A stretch of DNA of 64,000 nt, taken from positions 11,161-75,160 of the forward strand of contig JAFRPF010000031.1 of assembly GCA_017429285.1 (NCBI GenBank), given 5' to 3'. The notes below the pieces were generated by a model that saw nothing but the letters and a program-made list of their open reading frames with translations, was not told the origin of the DNA and made no database searches. Source of the DNA: Bacilli bacterium (GTDB lineage: Bacteria > Bacillota_I > Bacilli_A > RFN20 > CAG-826). Of the stretch, positions 30,217 through 39,256 are shown piece after piece (within the stretch, counting starts at the first letter, position 1; every line of letters starts with the position of its first letter). The translations under genes were made by a program, and so were the position numbers.

Positions 30217-30915
30217 TTAAAACTTCTTTTGAACGATTAATTGTGGTTTTCCTATTGTGACTCTAACATCATCAGGAACTGACTCAGTTAAAAAGACGTT
30301 ACTACCGATGGTGACACGGTTTCCGATAACAACATCACCGCCTAAAATTGAAACACCAGCGTAAATAGTGACATCATCTTTAATTGTAGGATGTCTTTTT
30401 ACTCCTGCTAAACGATGACCTTTACCTAATGATAAAGCACCTAAAGTAACGCATTGATAGATTTTGGCTCTTTTACCAATAACTGTGGTTTCACCGATAA
30501 CGATACCTGTCGCGTGATCAATAAAGAAAGGAGAATCTATTTGTGCGCCTGGATGAATATCAACACCTGTTAAGATATGAGCCTCTTCCGCAATGATACG
30601 TGCGGTGAGTTTTTCTCCTAATAAATATAATTCGTGAGCGACACGATAATATCTAATAGCCTTATAACCTGGATAGGCTAATATAACTTCATCCTTACTA
30701 TCCGCGGCTGGATCACTATCCATAAAGAAATCTAAATCCTGTTCAAGTTGTTTTCTAACCACAGGCAATTTGCTTAAAAAGACTTCGGCTTCTTTCTCAT
30801 CATTTTTAACATATTCTAAGAATAAGCCTTTAATAATACTTAAGTTATCAGAACAACCTAACACATAGTTCTCTACGGATTCGTAAAATTCACTAATTTC
30901 TTTACTGCAAATCAT
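30217..30915 (-). CDS. cysE: Serine O-acetyltransferase
   Basis: 232 aa; SATase N-terminal helical domain plus left-handed beta-helix hexapeptide repeats (..IGETTVIGKRAKIYQCVTLG..). Confidence 0.85.
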   Translation of the reverse strand: MICSKEISEFYESVENYVLGCSDNLSIIKGLFLEYVKNDEKEAEVFLSKLPVVRKQLEQDLDFFMDSDPAADSKDEVILAYPGYKAIRYYRVAHELYLLGEKLTARIIAEEAHILTGVDIHPGAQIDSPFFIDHATGIVIGETTVIGKRAKIYQCVTLGALSLGKGHRLAGVKRHPTIKDDVTIYAGVSILGGDVVIGNRVTIGSNVFLTESVPDDVRVTIGKPQLIVQKKF

Positions 30916-31021
30916 ATGTTAGCCTCCAAGTGGTATTGATTTTATCATTAAAAATTATATTTGAATATTTTAACGATATAAAAATATTAATTACACAAAG
31001 TAAGAAATTTAAAAATTATTT

Positions 31022-31191
31022 TTCGACAACTGTATAAAACAACCCTTAATTTCTTAAAAAATAGTGTTATTTAAACAATCTTATATAAATTAATTTATAT
31101 ATAGTGAAATCAAAATCATAAATTAGGTTAATAATTTTATTTTTCTTGTATATATCACTACTTTTTTGTGTTTTTTCGACACTGTATAAAC
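31022..31191. repeat. Two copies of 17-19 nt motif TTTTTCGACA(A)CTGTATAAA(A)C (31022-31040 and 31175-31191) flanking a 20-bp perfect palindrome TATATAAATTAATTTATATA (31082-31101) in the cysE/nrdD divergent intergenic region
   Basis: Read directly from sequence; candidate operator/promoter elements. Confidence 0.4.
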
Positions 31192-31330
31192 TTCAAATTG
31201 TTTTGCTTGTTTACCTATAAGTAAATTGATAAAGTTTATACACAATCCATTTAAGAGGCATCTTAGAAGGAAATATCTTAAAAACATCTTAAAAGGTGTT
31301 TTTCTATCACCATAAAGGAGTGAGCTTTTT

Positions 31331-33700
31331 ATGCTAAAAATTTTAAAAAGAAGCGGAAACGTCGAACCGTTTGACATCAAAAAAATCGAAAGAGCGATAG
31401 AAAAAGCATTCTTCGCTGAACACAAAGTTTATACACCAGAGGTCATTGAAATGTTAGCACTTAGAACAGTGGCTATTTTTAATGGCAAGGCGAAAAACGA
31501 AACTATTGGAGTGGAAGATGTTCAAGACGCTGTGGAAGTAGCCTTGATCCAAGCCGGTTTTGTGGATGTAGCAAAAAGTTACATTATCTATCGTAAACAA
31601 CATCAAAATTTAAGAGAACTTAAAACCACAAACTTAGATTATAAGAATGTTGTTAATAACTATTTAAAAATTAATGACTGGAGAGTTAAGGAAAACTCCA
31701 CTGTTACCTATTCTGTGGGTGGCTTAATTCTTTCTAACTCTGGTGCAGTCACCGCTAACTACTGGTTAAGTGAAATATATGATAAGGAAATCGCGGACGC
31801 GCATAGAAATGCTGATATCCACATCCATGACTTATCTATGTTAACTGGTTATTGTGCTGGTTGGTCATTAAAACAATTAATTCAAGAAGGTTTAGGTGGT
31901 GTCGTTGGAAAGATTACCTCCGCTCCAGCTGCTCACTTATCCACTTTATGTAATCAAATGGTTAACTTCTTAGGTATCATGCAAAATGAATGGGCTGGTG
32001 CACAAGCTTTTTCATCCTTTGATACCTATCTAGCCCCATTTGTGAAAGTTGATAACTTAACGTATAAACAAGTTAAACAATGTATTCAATCCTTCATCTA
32101 TGGTGTTAATACACCATCCAGATGGGGTACTCAAGCACCATTTACCAATATCACCCTTGACTGGGTTGTTCCAAACGATATGGCGGAACTTAACTGTATC
32201 GTCGGTGGTAAAGAAATGCCATTTAAATATAAAGATTGTGTCGAAGAAATGGCGATGGTTAACAAAGCCTTCATCGAAATCATGATTGAAGGTGACGCTA
32301 ACGGAAGAGGTTTCCAATATCCGATCCCAACTTATTCCATCACCAAGACATTTGACTGGTCAGAAACTGAAAATAACAAGTTATTATTCGAAATGACCGC
32401 CAAATACGGTACTCCATATTTCTCTAACTACATCAATTCCGATATGGAACCAAGTGATGTAAGAAGTATGTGCTGCCGTTTAAGATTAGACTTAAGAGAA
32501 TTAAGAAAGAAATCAGGTGGTTTCTTCGGTTCTGGCGAATCTACCGGTTCTATCGGTGTTGTCACTATCAATATGCCAAGAATCGCTTATTTAGCCACTG
32601 ATGAAGCTGATTTCTATCAAAGATTAGATCATATTATGGATATTTCTGCTCGTTCACTTAAAGTGAAGAGAAATACCGTTACCGCTTTATTGGAAGCCGG
32701 TTTATATCCATATACAAAGAGATATTTAGGCACATTTAATAACCACTTCTCCACCATCGGTTTAGTGGGTATGAATGAAGCTTGCTTAAATGCTCGTTGG
32801 TTAAAGAAGGATTTAACACATAAAGAATCCATTCAATTTACTAAAGATGTGCTCAATCACATGAGAAGTAAATTATCTGATTACCAAGAATTATATGGTG
32901 ATTTATATAACTTAGAAGCTACCCCTGCGGAATCCACCGCTTTCCGTTTAGCTAAACACGATAAAGCTAAATTCCCAGATATCATTACCGCTAATGATGA
33001 AGGTATGACTCCATATTATACAAATTCATCTCACTTACCAGTCGGATTTACCGAAGATGTTTATAAAGCCTTAGACATCCAAGATGGTTTACAAACTTTA
33101 TATACATCAGGAACAGTTTTCCACTGCTTCTTAGGTCAAAAATTACCTTCTTGGAAATCTTGTATGAATTTCGTTAGAAAGATCGCGGAAAACTATCATA
33201 TTCCTTATTACACAATGTCACCAACATACTCTGTATGTAAAGAACATGGCTATTTAGTTGGTGAACAATTCGTTTGTCCACACTGTGGTCAAAAAGCAGA
33301 AGTTTATTCCCGTATTACCGGTTACTATCGTCCAATTCAAAACTGGAACGATGGTAAAACCGCTGAATACCATAACCGTAAAGAATATGAACCAGAGAAT
33401 TCTCATTTAACACATTCTTTAATTAATGAAGAATGCGCACAAGAAGAAAAGACAAGCGACGAATCATTAAATGAAATCTTATTATTCGCCACAAAAACTT
33501 GTCCAAACTGTAAGATGGCCAAAATGCTTTTAGATAAAGCTGGTATCCACTATACAGTTATCGATGCTGAAGATAATAAAGAAAAGACTTTAAAATATAA
33601 AGTCAATAAAGCACCAACCCTTATCGTTCCTAACGAAAATGGCTACGATGTCTTTGAAAACGCATCTAACATCAAAGGATATATAGAAAGTATCAACTAA
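31331..33700 (+). CDS. nrdD: Anaerobic ribonucleoside-triphosphate reductase (class III RNR) with C-terminal fused glutaredoxin/NrdH-like CxxC domain
   Basis: 789 aa. N-terminal ATP-cone. Zn site C-x14-CPHC. Glycyl-radical motif RITGYYRP. Then an extra ~90 aa thioredoxin-fold tail: TKTCPNCKMAKMLLDKAGIHYTVIDAEDNKEK...APTLIVPNENG. Confidence 0.9.
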   Translation: MLKILKRSGNVEPFDIKKIERAIEKAFFAEHKVYTPEVIEMLALRTVAIFNGKAKNETIGVEDVQDAVEVALIQAGFVDVAKSYIIYRKQHQNLRELKTTNLDYKNVVNNYLKINDWRVKENSTVTYSVGGLILSNSGAVTANYWLSEIYDKEIADAHRNADIHIHDLSMLTGYCAGWSLKQLIQEGLGGVVGKITSAPAAHLSTLCNQMVNFLGIMQNEWAGAQAFSSFDTYLAPFVKVDNLTYKQVKQCIQSFIYGVNTPSRWGTQAPFTNITLDWVVPNDMAELNCIVGGKEMPFKYKDCVEEMAMVNKAFIEIMIEGDANGRGFQYPIPTYSITKTFDWSETENNKLLFEMTAKYGTPYFSNYINSDMEPSDVRSMCCRLRLDLRELRKKSGGFFGSGESTGSIGVVTINMPRIAYLATDEADFYQRLDHIMDISARSLKVKRNTVTALLEAGLYPYTKRYLGTFNNHFSTIGLVGMNEACLNARWLKKDLTHKESIQFTKDVLNHMRSKLSDYQELYGDLYNLEATPAESTAFRLAKHDKAKFPDIITANDEGMTPYYTNSSHLPVGFTEDVYKALDIQDGLQTLYTSGTVFHCFLGQKLPSWKSCMNFVRKIAENYHIPYYTMSPTYSVCKEHGYLVGEQFVCPHCGQKAEVYSRITGYYRPIQNWNDGKTAEYHNRKEYEPENSHLTHSLINEECAQEEKTSDESLNEILLFATKTCPNCKMAKMLLDKAGIHYTVIDAEDNKEKTLKYKVNKAPTLIVPNENGYDVFENASNIKGYIESIN

Positions 33701-33701
33701 T

Positions 33702-34622
33702 ATGTACGATGTCATCATTATCGGTGGCGGTCCTGCTGGAATGGCAGTCGCTTTAAATACACTTAGAAATGGACGCACCTGTCTCCTTTTAGAAAAGGAG
33801 AATTTTGGTGGTCAAATGGCGACTTCTCCAAAACTAGAAAACATTCCAGGCATCAAAGCGATATCCGGAATCGAATATAGCGATAAGATGTTTGAACAGA
33901 TCACCGATATGGGGGCGGAGTTCGAACTTGAAGAAGTAGAATCTATCACAAAAGAAGATGAAAAATTCATCGTTAAAACTAATTACAACACCTATGAATC
34001 TTGGACTGTTGTTTTAGCAAATGGTTGTCATCATCGTAAGATGAACTTACCACATGAAGATGATTTAGTGGGTAAAGGTGTCTCTTATTGCGCAGTTTGT
34101 GATGGAGCCTTCTATAAAGGTCAAACCACAAACATCATCGGAGATGCTAATACAGCGTTACAATATGCTTTATTACTAAGTAATTATTGCCCCACTGTTA
34201 ATGTCTTCGCTTTATTTGATCATCTATTTGGAGATCAAATCTTAATTCAAAGAATTAATGATAATCCAAATATCAATGTTAGATATAATGTTTCCTTACA
34301 AGAATTCATCGGTGAAGAAGAATTAAAAGCTTTACGTTTCTTTGATAAAACAAATAATCAAGAATTCACCGTTGAAACAAACAACGTCTTCGTCGCTATT
34401 GGTCAAATTCCATGTAATGAACCCTTTAAAGATTTAGTGGAATTAGACAATAAAGGGTTTGTCATCACTAATGACAATATGGAAACATCTTGTCCAGGTG
34501 TTTACGCTGTAGGCGACACAAGAAAAAAAGACATCCGCCAAGTAGTAACTGCTTTGGGTGATGCCAGTGTGGCTAGTGTCTATATCAATAGATATTTACA
34601 ATCATTAAATAGAAATGACTAA
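33702..34622 (+). CDS. Thioredoxin-reductase-like flavoprotein (TrxB family fold; NADPH-binding motifs degenerate)
   Basis: 306 aa. FAD motif IIGGGPAGMAVA. Redox-active CAVCDG. The second GxGxxA motif reads IGDANTA and the HRRD motif reads DHLFGD. Start codon is 1 nt after the nrdD stop. Confidence 0.7.
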   Translation: MYDVIIIGGGPAGMAVALNTLRNGRTCLLLEKENFGGQMATSPKLENIPGIKAISGIEYSDKMFEQITDMGAEFELEEVESITKEDEKFIVKTNYNTYESWTVVLANGCHHRKMNLPHEDDLVGKGVSYCAVCDGAFYKGQTTNIIGDANTALQYALLLSNYCPTVNVFALFDHLFGDQILIQRINDNPNINVRYNVSLQEFIGEEELKALRFFDKTNNQEFTVETNNVFVAIGQIPCNEPFKDLVELDNKGFVITNDNMETSCPGVYAVGDTRKKDIRQVVTALGDASVASVYINRYLQSLNRND

Positions 34623-34643
34623 AGGATTGCTTCGGCAATTCTT

Positions 34644-34895
34644 TTATTTATATAAATTCTTTAATCTTTCGTTGGGTTCTGGAGGATTGTCCATTAGTTC
34701 TAAAAACAAATCTCTCTCATTATTCTCTAAAATAATGGATTGATTTCTCATATCGTTTCTAACTTGTTTCATCATTGCATCATAAATATAGGATGGTAAT
34801 GTTTGATGCTTTATATCCGCAGCCATATTTAAAAACTCTTTCTCGTTATCAGAAAGATAAATATTTATTTCATTTGTCTTTTTAAAAATAGCCAT
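34644..34895 (-). CDS. Small hypothetical protein (possible ribbon-helix-helix/DUF1778-like fold)
   Basis: 83 aa, no Cys; N-terminal beta-strand-like INIYLSDNEKEFLNMAA; immediately downstream of nrdG on the same strand. Confidence 0.3.
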   Translation of the reverse strand: MAIFKKTNEINIYLSDNEKEFLNMAADIKHQTLPSYIYDAMMKQVRNDMRNQSIILENNERDLFLELMDNPPEPNERLKNLYK

Positions 34896-34945
34896 GGAAT
34901 TTCTCCATAGCTATTATAACATTTATATCGATAATTTCACGCTTA

Positions 34946-35638
34946 TTAGTAGCCTCTTAAATTAACAGAGTGAATAGTTTCGCTTAATATATCTTTAAAA
35001 TGTTCGGCTTTTTCTTTACTCACTTCGTGAAAACCATGAGCGATGCAACTTTCACGATCCACATATTTTTGAAGATACATTCTTTTAGCCCCTTTAATTA
35101 ATTGGGCCATTTCTTTAATATCTTCTTCATCATGAAATTCATCGATGATTGTGGTTCTAAATTCATATTCATATGGCGAATTAATTAAAAAATTAATTGT
35201 TTCTTTAATCTTATCCATATAAACATTTTTAGCGCCTGCGGTTAGAGGATATTTTTTCTCGCTATTTTTAATATCCATCGCTACATAATCGATTAATTTA
35301 TTTTCAAATAAATATTTCACTAATTCTGGGTTAGTGCCATTAGTGTCTAATTTCACTAAATAACCTAAATCTTTAATCTGTTTTATCTTTTCCACTAAAT
35401 CGGGCATTAAAGTGGGTTCACCACCACTCACCACAACGGCATCAATTAAACCTTTTCTTTGTCTTAAATAGGCTAAAATATCATCAAAAGGAATAAAAGT
35501 ATCCGCTTCTAAGACTGTTTGTCCGTTATGACAAAAAGGGCATCTAAAATTGCAAGCTTTAGAAAATAAGACAACAGCAACTTTGTCTTCATAATCTAAT
35601 AATGAAAATTTATCTATTCCTACAAAGTCCACGGACAT
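34946..35638 (-). CDS. nrdG: Anaerobic ribonucleoside-triphosphate reductase activating protein (radical SAM)
   Basis: 230 aa; CNFRCPFCHN radical-SAM CxxxCxxC cluster near the N-terminus; GGEP motif. Confidence 0.85.
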   Translation of the reverse strand: MSVDFVGIDKFSLLDYEDKVAVVLFSKACNFRCPFCHNGQTVLEADTFIPFDDILAYLRQRKGLIDAVVVSGGEPTLMPDLVEKIKQIKDLGYLVKLDTNGTNPELVKYLFENKLIDYVAMDIKNSEKKYPLTAGAKNVYMDKIKETINFLINSPYEYEFRTTIIDEFHDEEDIKEMAQLIKGAKRMYLQKYVDRESCIAHGFHEVSKEKAEHFKDILSETIHSVNLRGY

Positions 35639-35701
35639 ATTTTAGCACACTATCGATATTTTCATATTTTATATTAATAAAATTGGTATTATAATTTCAT
35701 C

Positions 35702-36181
35702 ATGATTAAAAGTAATATTTCCTGGGATGAATATTTTATGGGCATCGCTGTGCTCTCCAGCATGCGTAGTAAGGATCCCAACACCAAAGTGGGAGCGTGT
35801 ATTGTGGATGAAAATCATAAAGTGGTTTCCATCGGTTATAACGGCATGCCATGTGGATGCGATGAAAATCAATTATCTTGGAATAAAGGTACTGGTTTAG
35901 ATAGCAAATATCTTTATGTTTGCCACGCTGAATTTAACGCTATTTTAAATACCAGAAATGGTACTTCTGCATTAAAGGGTTGTACCGTTTATGTCACATT
36001 ATTCCCATGCAATGAGTGCACAAAAGCTATTATTCAAACCGGAATTAAAGAAGTTGTTTATATTTCTAATAAATATGAAACCACGACTGAAACTCAAGCT
36101 TCGTTAAGAATGTTAACACTCGCTGGAGTCAAGATTCGTCATTACGAAGGAAGAATTCCTGAAATTAATTATGACCGTTAA
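35702..36181 (+). CDS. comEB: dCMP deaminase (ComEB-like cytidine/deoxycytidylate deaminase)
   Basis: 159 aa; zinc-binding HAEFNA and PCNECTKAI motifs. Confidence 0.8.
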   Translation: MIKSNISWDEYFMGIAVLSSMRSKDPNTKVGACIVDENHKVVSIGYNGMPCGCDENQLSWNKGTGLDSKYLYVCHAEFNAILNTRNGTSALKGCTVYVTLFPCNECTKAIIQTGIKEVVYISNKYETTTETQASLRMLTLAGVKIRHYEGRIPEINYDR

Positions 36182-36959
36182 AGAATACGTTAACTTTAGA
36201 AAAGACGAGATGAAAAATCTCGTTTTAAAAATGGATAAAAAACCATGCATCGCGATTGTCCAAGTTAATGAAGACGCTGGTAGTAATGCTTATGTTAAAG
36301 GGAAATTAAAAGACGCGAATGAATTAGGTATAAATGCTGATTTAATCAAATTACCTTTAAATACTAAACAGGAAGAATTATTAGAAATCATTGATCAATT
36401 AAATAAAGATAAAGTTCATGACGGCTTTATCGTTCAAATGCCTTTACCTAAAGGTATAGATGAAGAAACTATCAAATTAGCGGTATCTCCTAATAAAGAT
36501 GTTGATGGTTTCCATCCATTAAGTAAATTATCTCCATGTACCCCAAAAGGTATCATGAATTATTTACATCATGAAAACATCCCCATCTTAGGTAAGAACG
36601 CAGTTGTTATCGGAAGAAGTAATATCGTTGGTAAACCGATGGCGAAACTCTTATTAAAAGAAAGTGCGAATGTCACTGTTTTACATAGTAAAACTTCATT
36701 TGAGGATATGGCTAGATATATCGAAAACGCCGATATCATTGTTATCGCGATTGGAAAAAAGCACTTCTTAGATAATAAATTTAAATATAAAAAATCCGCA
36801 GTCATCATAGATGTTGGTATATCTAGAGACGAATCCGGATTACATGGTGATGCTTTACCTGACTTACCTGTTTATTTACAAACACCGGTGCCAGGTGGTG
36901 TAGGACTATTAACTAGATTAGCCCTATATGAAAACCTATTAGAGCTTGTCTCTAAATAG
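36171..36959 (+). CDS. folD: Bifunctional methylenetetrahydrofolate dehydrogenase/methenyl-THF cyclohydrolase
   Basis: 262 aa; FolD blocks (..YVKGKLKD.., GFIVQMPLP, VVIGRSNIVGKPMA, PVPGGVG). Confidence 0.85.
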   Translation: MTVKEYVNFRKDEMKNLVLKMDKKPCIAIVQVNEDAGSNAYVKGKLKDANELGINADLIKLPLNTKQEELLEIIDQLNKDKVHDGFIVQMPLPKGIDEETIKLAVSPNKDVDGFHPLSKLSPCTPKGIMNYLHHENIPILGKNAVVIGRSNIVGKPMAKLLLKESANVTVLHSKTSFEDMARYIENADIIVIAIGKKHFLDNKFKYKKSAVIIDVGISRDESGLHGDALPDLPVYLQTPVPGGVGLLTRLALYENLLELVSK

Positions 36960-36960
36960 A

Positions 36961-38112
36961 TTATTTATTCTTCAACTCGGCGAATTTCTCTCTCATCGTC
37001 GGGTTATTTTTTGTTAATGACTTAATTGATAGATTTTGCACCTTATCATTAGCGATTCTTAAATTCTTTTCACTACCCACAAGTTCTTTTCTGACTTTTT
37101 GTAAGTGATCGATAGTTTTATCAATCTCTTCAATCGCTGTGGTGAAATGATCTTTCGCAAGTTCATAATTTCTCGCCACTAATTGTTGTTGGTCATTAAG
37201 TTCTTGCTCAAAGTTAGTGATATCAATATTTTCATTTCTCACTAGCATTAATTCGTTTTTCGCTTCTGCGGCGTTAAGCGCAGCATTTCTTAATAAAGAA
37301 ATAATTGGAATAAAGCATTGTGGTCTTACCACATACATCTTCTTATAACGATAAGAAACATCGACAATACCAGCGTTATATAATTCGTTATCTGGTTCTA
37401 ACATAGAAACAAGTACTGCGTATTCACAATTTTTCTCATTTCTATCCTTATCGAGTTCTTTAAAGAAGTCTTCGTTTTTATGTTTACTCGCAGTTTCATC
37501 ATTTTCATTTTTCATCTCAAACATGATGGAGATAAGTTCTGCGCCTTCTTTAGTTTTTTCTCTAAATATAAAATCACCTTTAGATCCACTTTTCGCATCG
37601 TTATCTTTTTCAAAATAGGCATCTGGGAAAGCTGACATTCTAATTTGGTTAAATTGAATCTGGCAGTGTTGTTCTAAAGTTTCACCCACTAGTTTTGTGG
37701 ACATTCTCGTTTTTAAATCACGATAATAGCTAACTTCTTCTTCCTTTTCTTTAAGCTTTCTAACTTCCTCATTCTTCTGATTTAAAAGATCATTTTTCAA
37801 TTTATCTATTTCGTGGTCTTTACTAGAAATCGCTTTTTGAATTTCTAATTCTTTTTCACTCTCGTTTAATTTGATTTTGGTCTTTAATTCATCGATTTCT
37901 TTTTCAAGATTTCTTTGCTTATCTAAAAGCTCATTTTTGTGTTTTTCTTCCAAAATAGTGAGGTTTTGACGGTTTTTTACTTCTTCTAACTCTAAACGAC
38001 GATGTAATTCTTTTTCAAATTCGACATCACGAACACTACTAGCAATACTACGATATTGTTCCTCACTAACACTAAAAACTTTTTGGCAGTGTGGACATTT
38101 AATTTCTGGCAT
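36961..38112 (-). CDS. DUF2130 family protein (N-terminal zinc ribbon CPHC + long coiled coil)
   Basis: 383 aa; MPEIKCPHCQKVFSVSEEQYRSI start; heptad-rich middle region; strong RBS GGAGG. Confidence 0.6.
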   Translation of the reverse strand: MPEIKCPHCQKVFSVSEEQYRSIASSVRDVEFEKELHRRLELEEVKNRQNLTILEEKHKNELLDKQRNLEKEIDELKTKIKLNESEKELEIQKAISSKDHEIDKLKNDLLNQKNEEVRKLKEKEEEVSYYRDLKTRMSTKLVGETLEQHCQIQFNQIRMSAFPDAYFEKDNDAKSGSKGDFIFREKTKEGAELISIMFEMKNENDETASKHKNEDFFKELDKDRNEKNCEYAVLVSMLEPDNELYNAGIVDVSYRYKKMYVVRPQCFIPIISLLRNAALNAAEAKNELMLVRNENIDITNFEQELNDQQQLVARNYELAKDHFTTAIEEIDKTIDHLQKVRKELVGSEKNLRIANDKVQNLSIKSLTKNNPTMREKFAELKNK

Positions 38113-38123
38113 AATCTTTCCTC

Positions 38124-38342
38124 CTATCTTGGAAATATATCTTTCTCATTAACATCTTTTATAATCGCTGGACACTCTCCACCGATTTGGATGTCATAGA
38201 TAATTTCTCCGTTATTATTTTTTCTAACTTCATATATGATTCCGGGATCAATATCATCCCTTCTTTTAAAGGAGACTTTTTGTCCTTTTTTATATGTTGA
38301 ATTTAAAATAACTTCCGATTTCTTCTTTTTAAATAAACACAT
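38124..38342 (-). CDS. Small hypothetical protein (72 aa)
   Basis: ORF only; Lys-rich; no clear RBS; start codon abuts a perfect 7-bp inverted repeat. Confidence 0.3.
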   Translation of the reverse strand: MCLFKKKKSEVILNSTYKKGQKVSFKRRDDIDPGIIYEVRKNNNGEIIYDIQIGGECPAIIKDVNEKDIFPR

Positions 38343-38345
38343 CTT

Positions 38346-38365
38346 GTGAATATTTTATCACAAGA
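38346..38365. promoter_or_regulatory. Palindromic candidate operator TTGTGAAtattttATCACAA
   Basis: Perfect 7-bp arms with 6-nt AT spacer, immediately upstream of the small ORF/DUF2130 operon start; resembles Rex/CRP-type half-sites but with non-canonical spacing. Confidence 0.25.
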
Positions 38366-38493
38366 ATAATTATTGATTTACCACTAACGAAAAATAATTC
38401 TAATTTTCAATATATATTGATTTCGTTTGTAGCAATTGTTACAACCGAAATTTTTAATAAGTTTATTTTTTTGGCCTTTATTATAAATAAAAC

Positions 38494-38522
38494 TGAACAA
38501 ATTTTTGTAGCGTGGCTATAAT
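38494..38522 (+). promoter_or_regulatory. Sigma-A type promoter (-35 TGAACA, 17-nt spacer, -10 TATAAT) for membrane-protein gene
   Basis: Read from sequence; followed by RBS AAGGAGA and ATG at 38544. Confidence 0.35.
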
Positions 38523-38543
38523 AATTAAGAAAGGAGAAAACAT

Positions 38544-39167
38544 ATGCAATTTGTCAAAGAACGTATTGGTAAATGGATTCAAGCCGCTATTATCATTGTC
38601 GTCGGTATTTTATGTATCGTCGCAGGTGCTGCTCTTGGAAATAATGATCCAAGTTCTGCTCAAGACGCTATCAATGGTATTTCATTAACATTAGGTATCA
38701 TCTTAATTGTTGTTGGTTCATTATCATTATTATTAGCCTTCTTAGTAGCTTTCTTAGCAAAGAAAGGATTTGCAGCTGTTGCTATCCCAGGTGCTATTTT
38801 ATTAGCTTTTGGTATCAGCTTAGTAGTCGTTAAATACGCTTTCACATTTATCAACTTATTATTAGTCGTCGTTCCATATTTATTAATCTGTGTTGGCGCA
38901 GTCGTCGTCTTAGATGCTATCTTTAACTGTGTCTTCGCTATCTTAGCTAAAAACGTCAAAGGAGTTTTAGTTGGAGTTATCGTTGGCTTAGTTGTCGGTA
39001 TTGTCGCTATTGTCTTAGGTGCTTTATGTATCGGTGACAAACCAGTTATCGAATATGGCGCACAATTAATCGTCTTCGGTGTCATCGTTGTCTTAGTGGG
39101 ATGCTTACAATGTTTATTAACATTTGTGAAACTTCCTGATGCCGTTGTCGTTGTCAGTAAAAAATAA
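38544..39167 (+). CDS. Integral membrane protein, 6 TM, Gly/Ala/Val-rich (HdeD/DUF308-like?)
   Basis: 207 aa highly hydrophobic; strong RBS; terminator downstream. Confidence 0.5.
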   Translation: MQFVKERIGKWIQAAIIIVVGILCIVAGAALGNNDPSSAQDAINGISLTLGIILIVVGSLSLLLAFLVAFLAKKGFAAVAIPGAILLAFGISLVVVKYAFTFINLLLVVVPYLLICVGAVVVLDAIFNCVFAILAKNVKGVLVGVIVGLVVGIVAIVLGALCIGDKPVIEYGAQLIVFGVIVVLVGCLQCLLTFVKLPDAVVVVSKK

Positions 39168-39190
39168 GACACAAAATTTAATTATAAAAT

Positions 39191-39222
39191 CCCGTAAATA
39201 TTTAGATTTTACGGGTTTTTAT
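39191..39222 (+). terminator. Intrinsic terminator
   Basis: CCCGTAAA-N9-TTTACGGG followed by TTTTT. Confidence 0.5.
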
Positions 39223-39256
39223 TTATTTTTAATGTAATTATTAATAGAATTAATTC

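Noticed and set aside
31123-31425. 100-aa ORF in cysE-nrdD intergenic region
   Set aside because: AT-rich intergenic read-through overlapping the nrdD start; low-complexity; no RBS.
38346-38365. Rex operator
   Set aside because: Half-sites match TTGTGAA/TCACAA, but the spacer is 2 nt longer than the canonical TTGTGAA-N4-TTCACAA. Kept only as an unassigned palindrome.
38660-39172. 170-aa ORF on minus strand
   Set aside because: It lies antisense to the 6-TM membrane protein gene. The T/K/P-rich low-complexity translation is the mirror image of a hydrophobic gene. It has no RBS.
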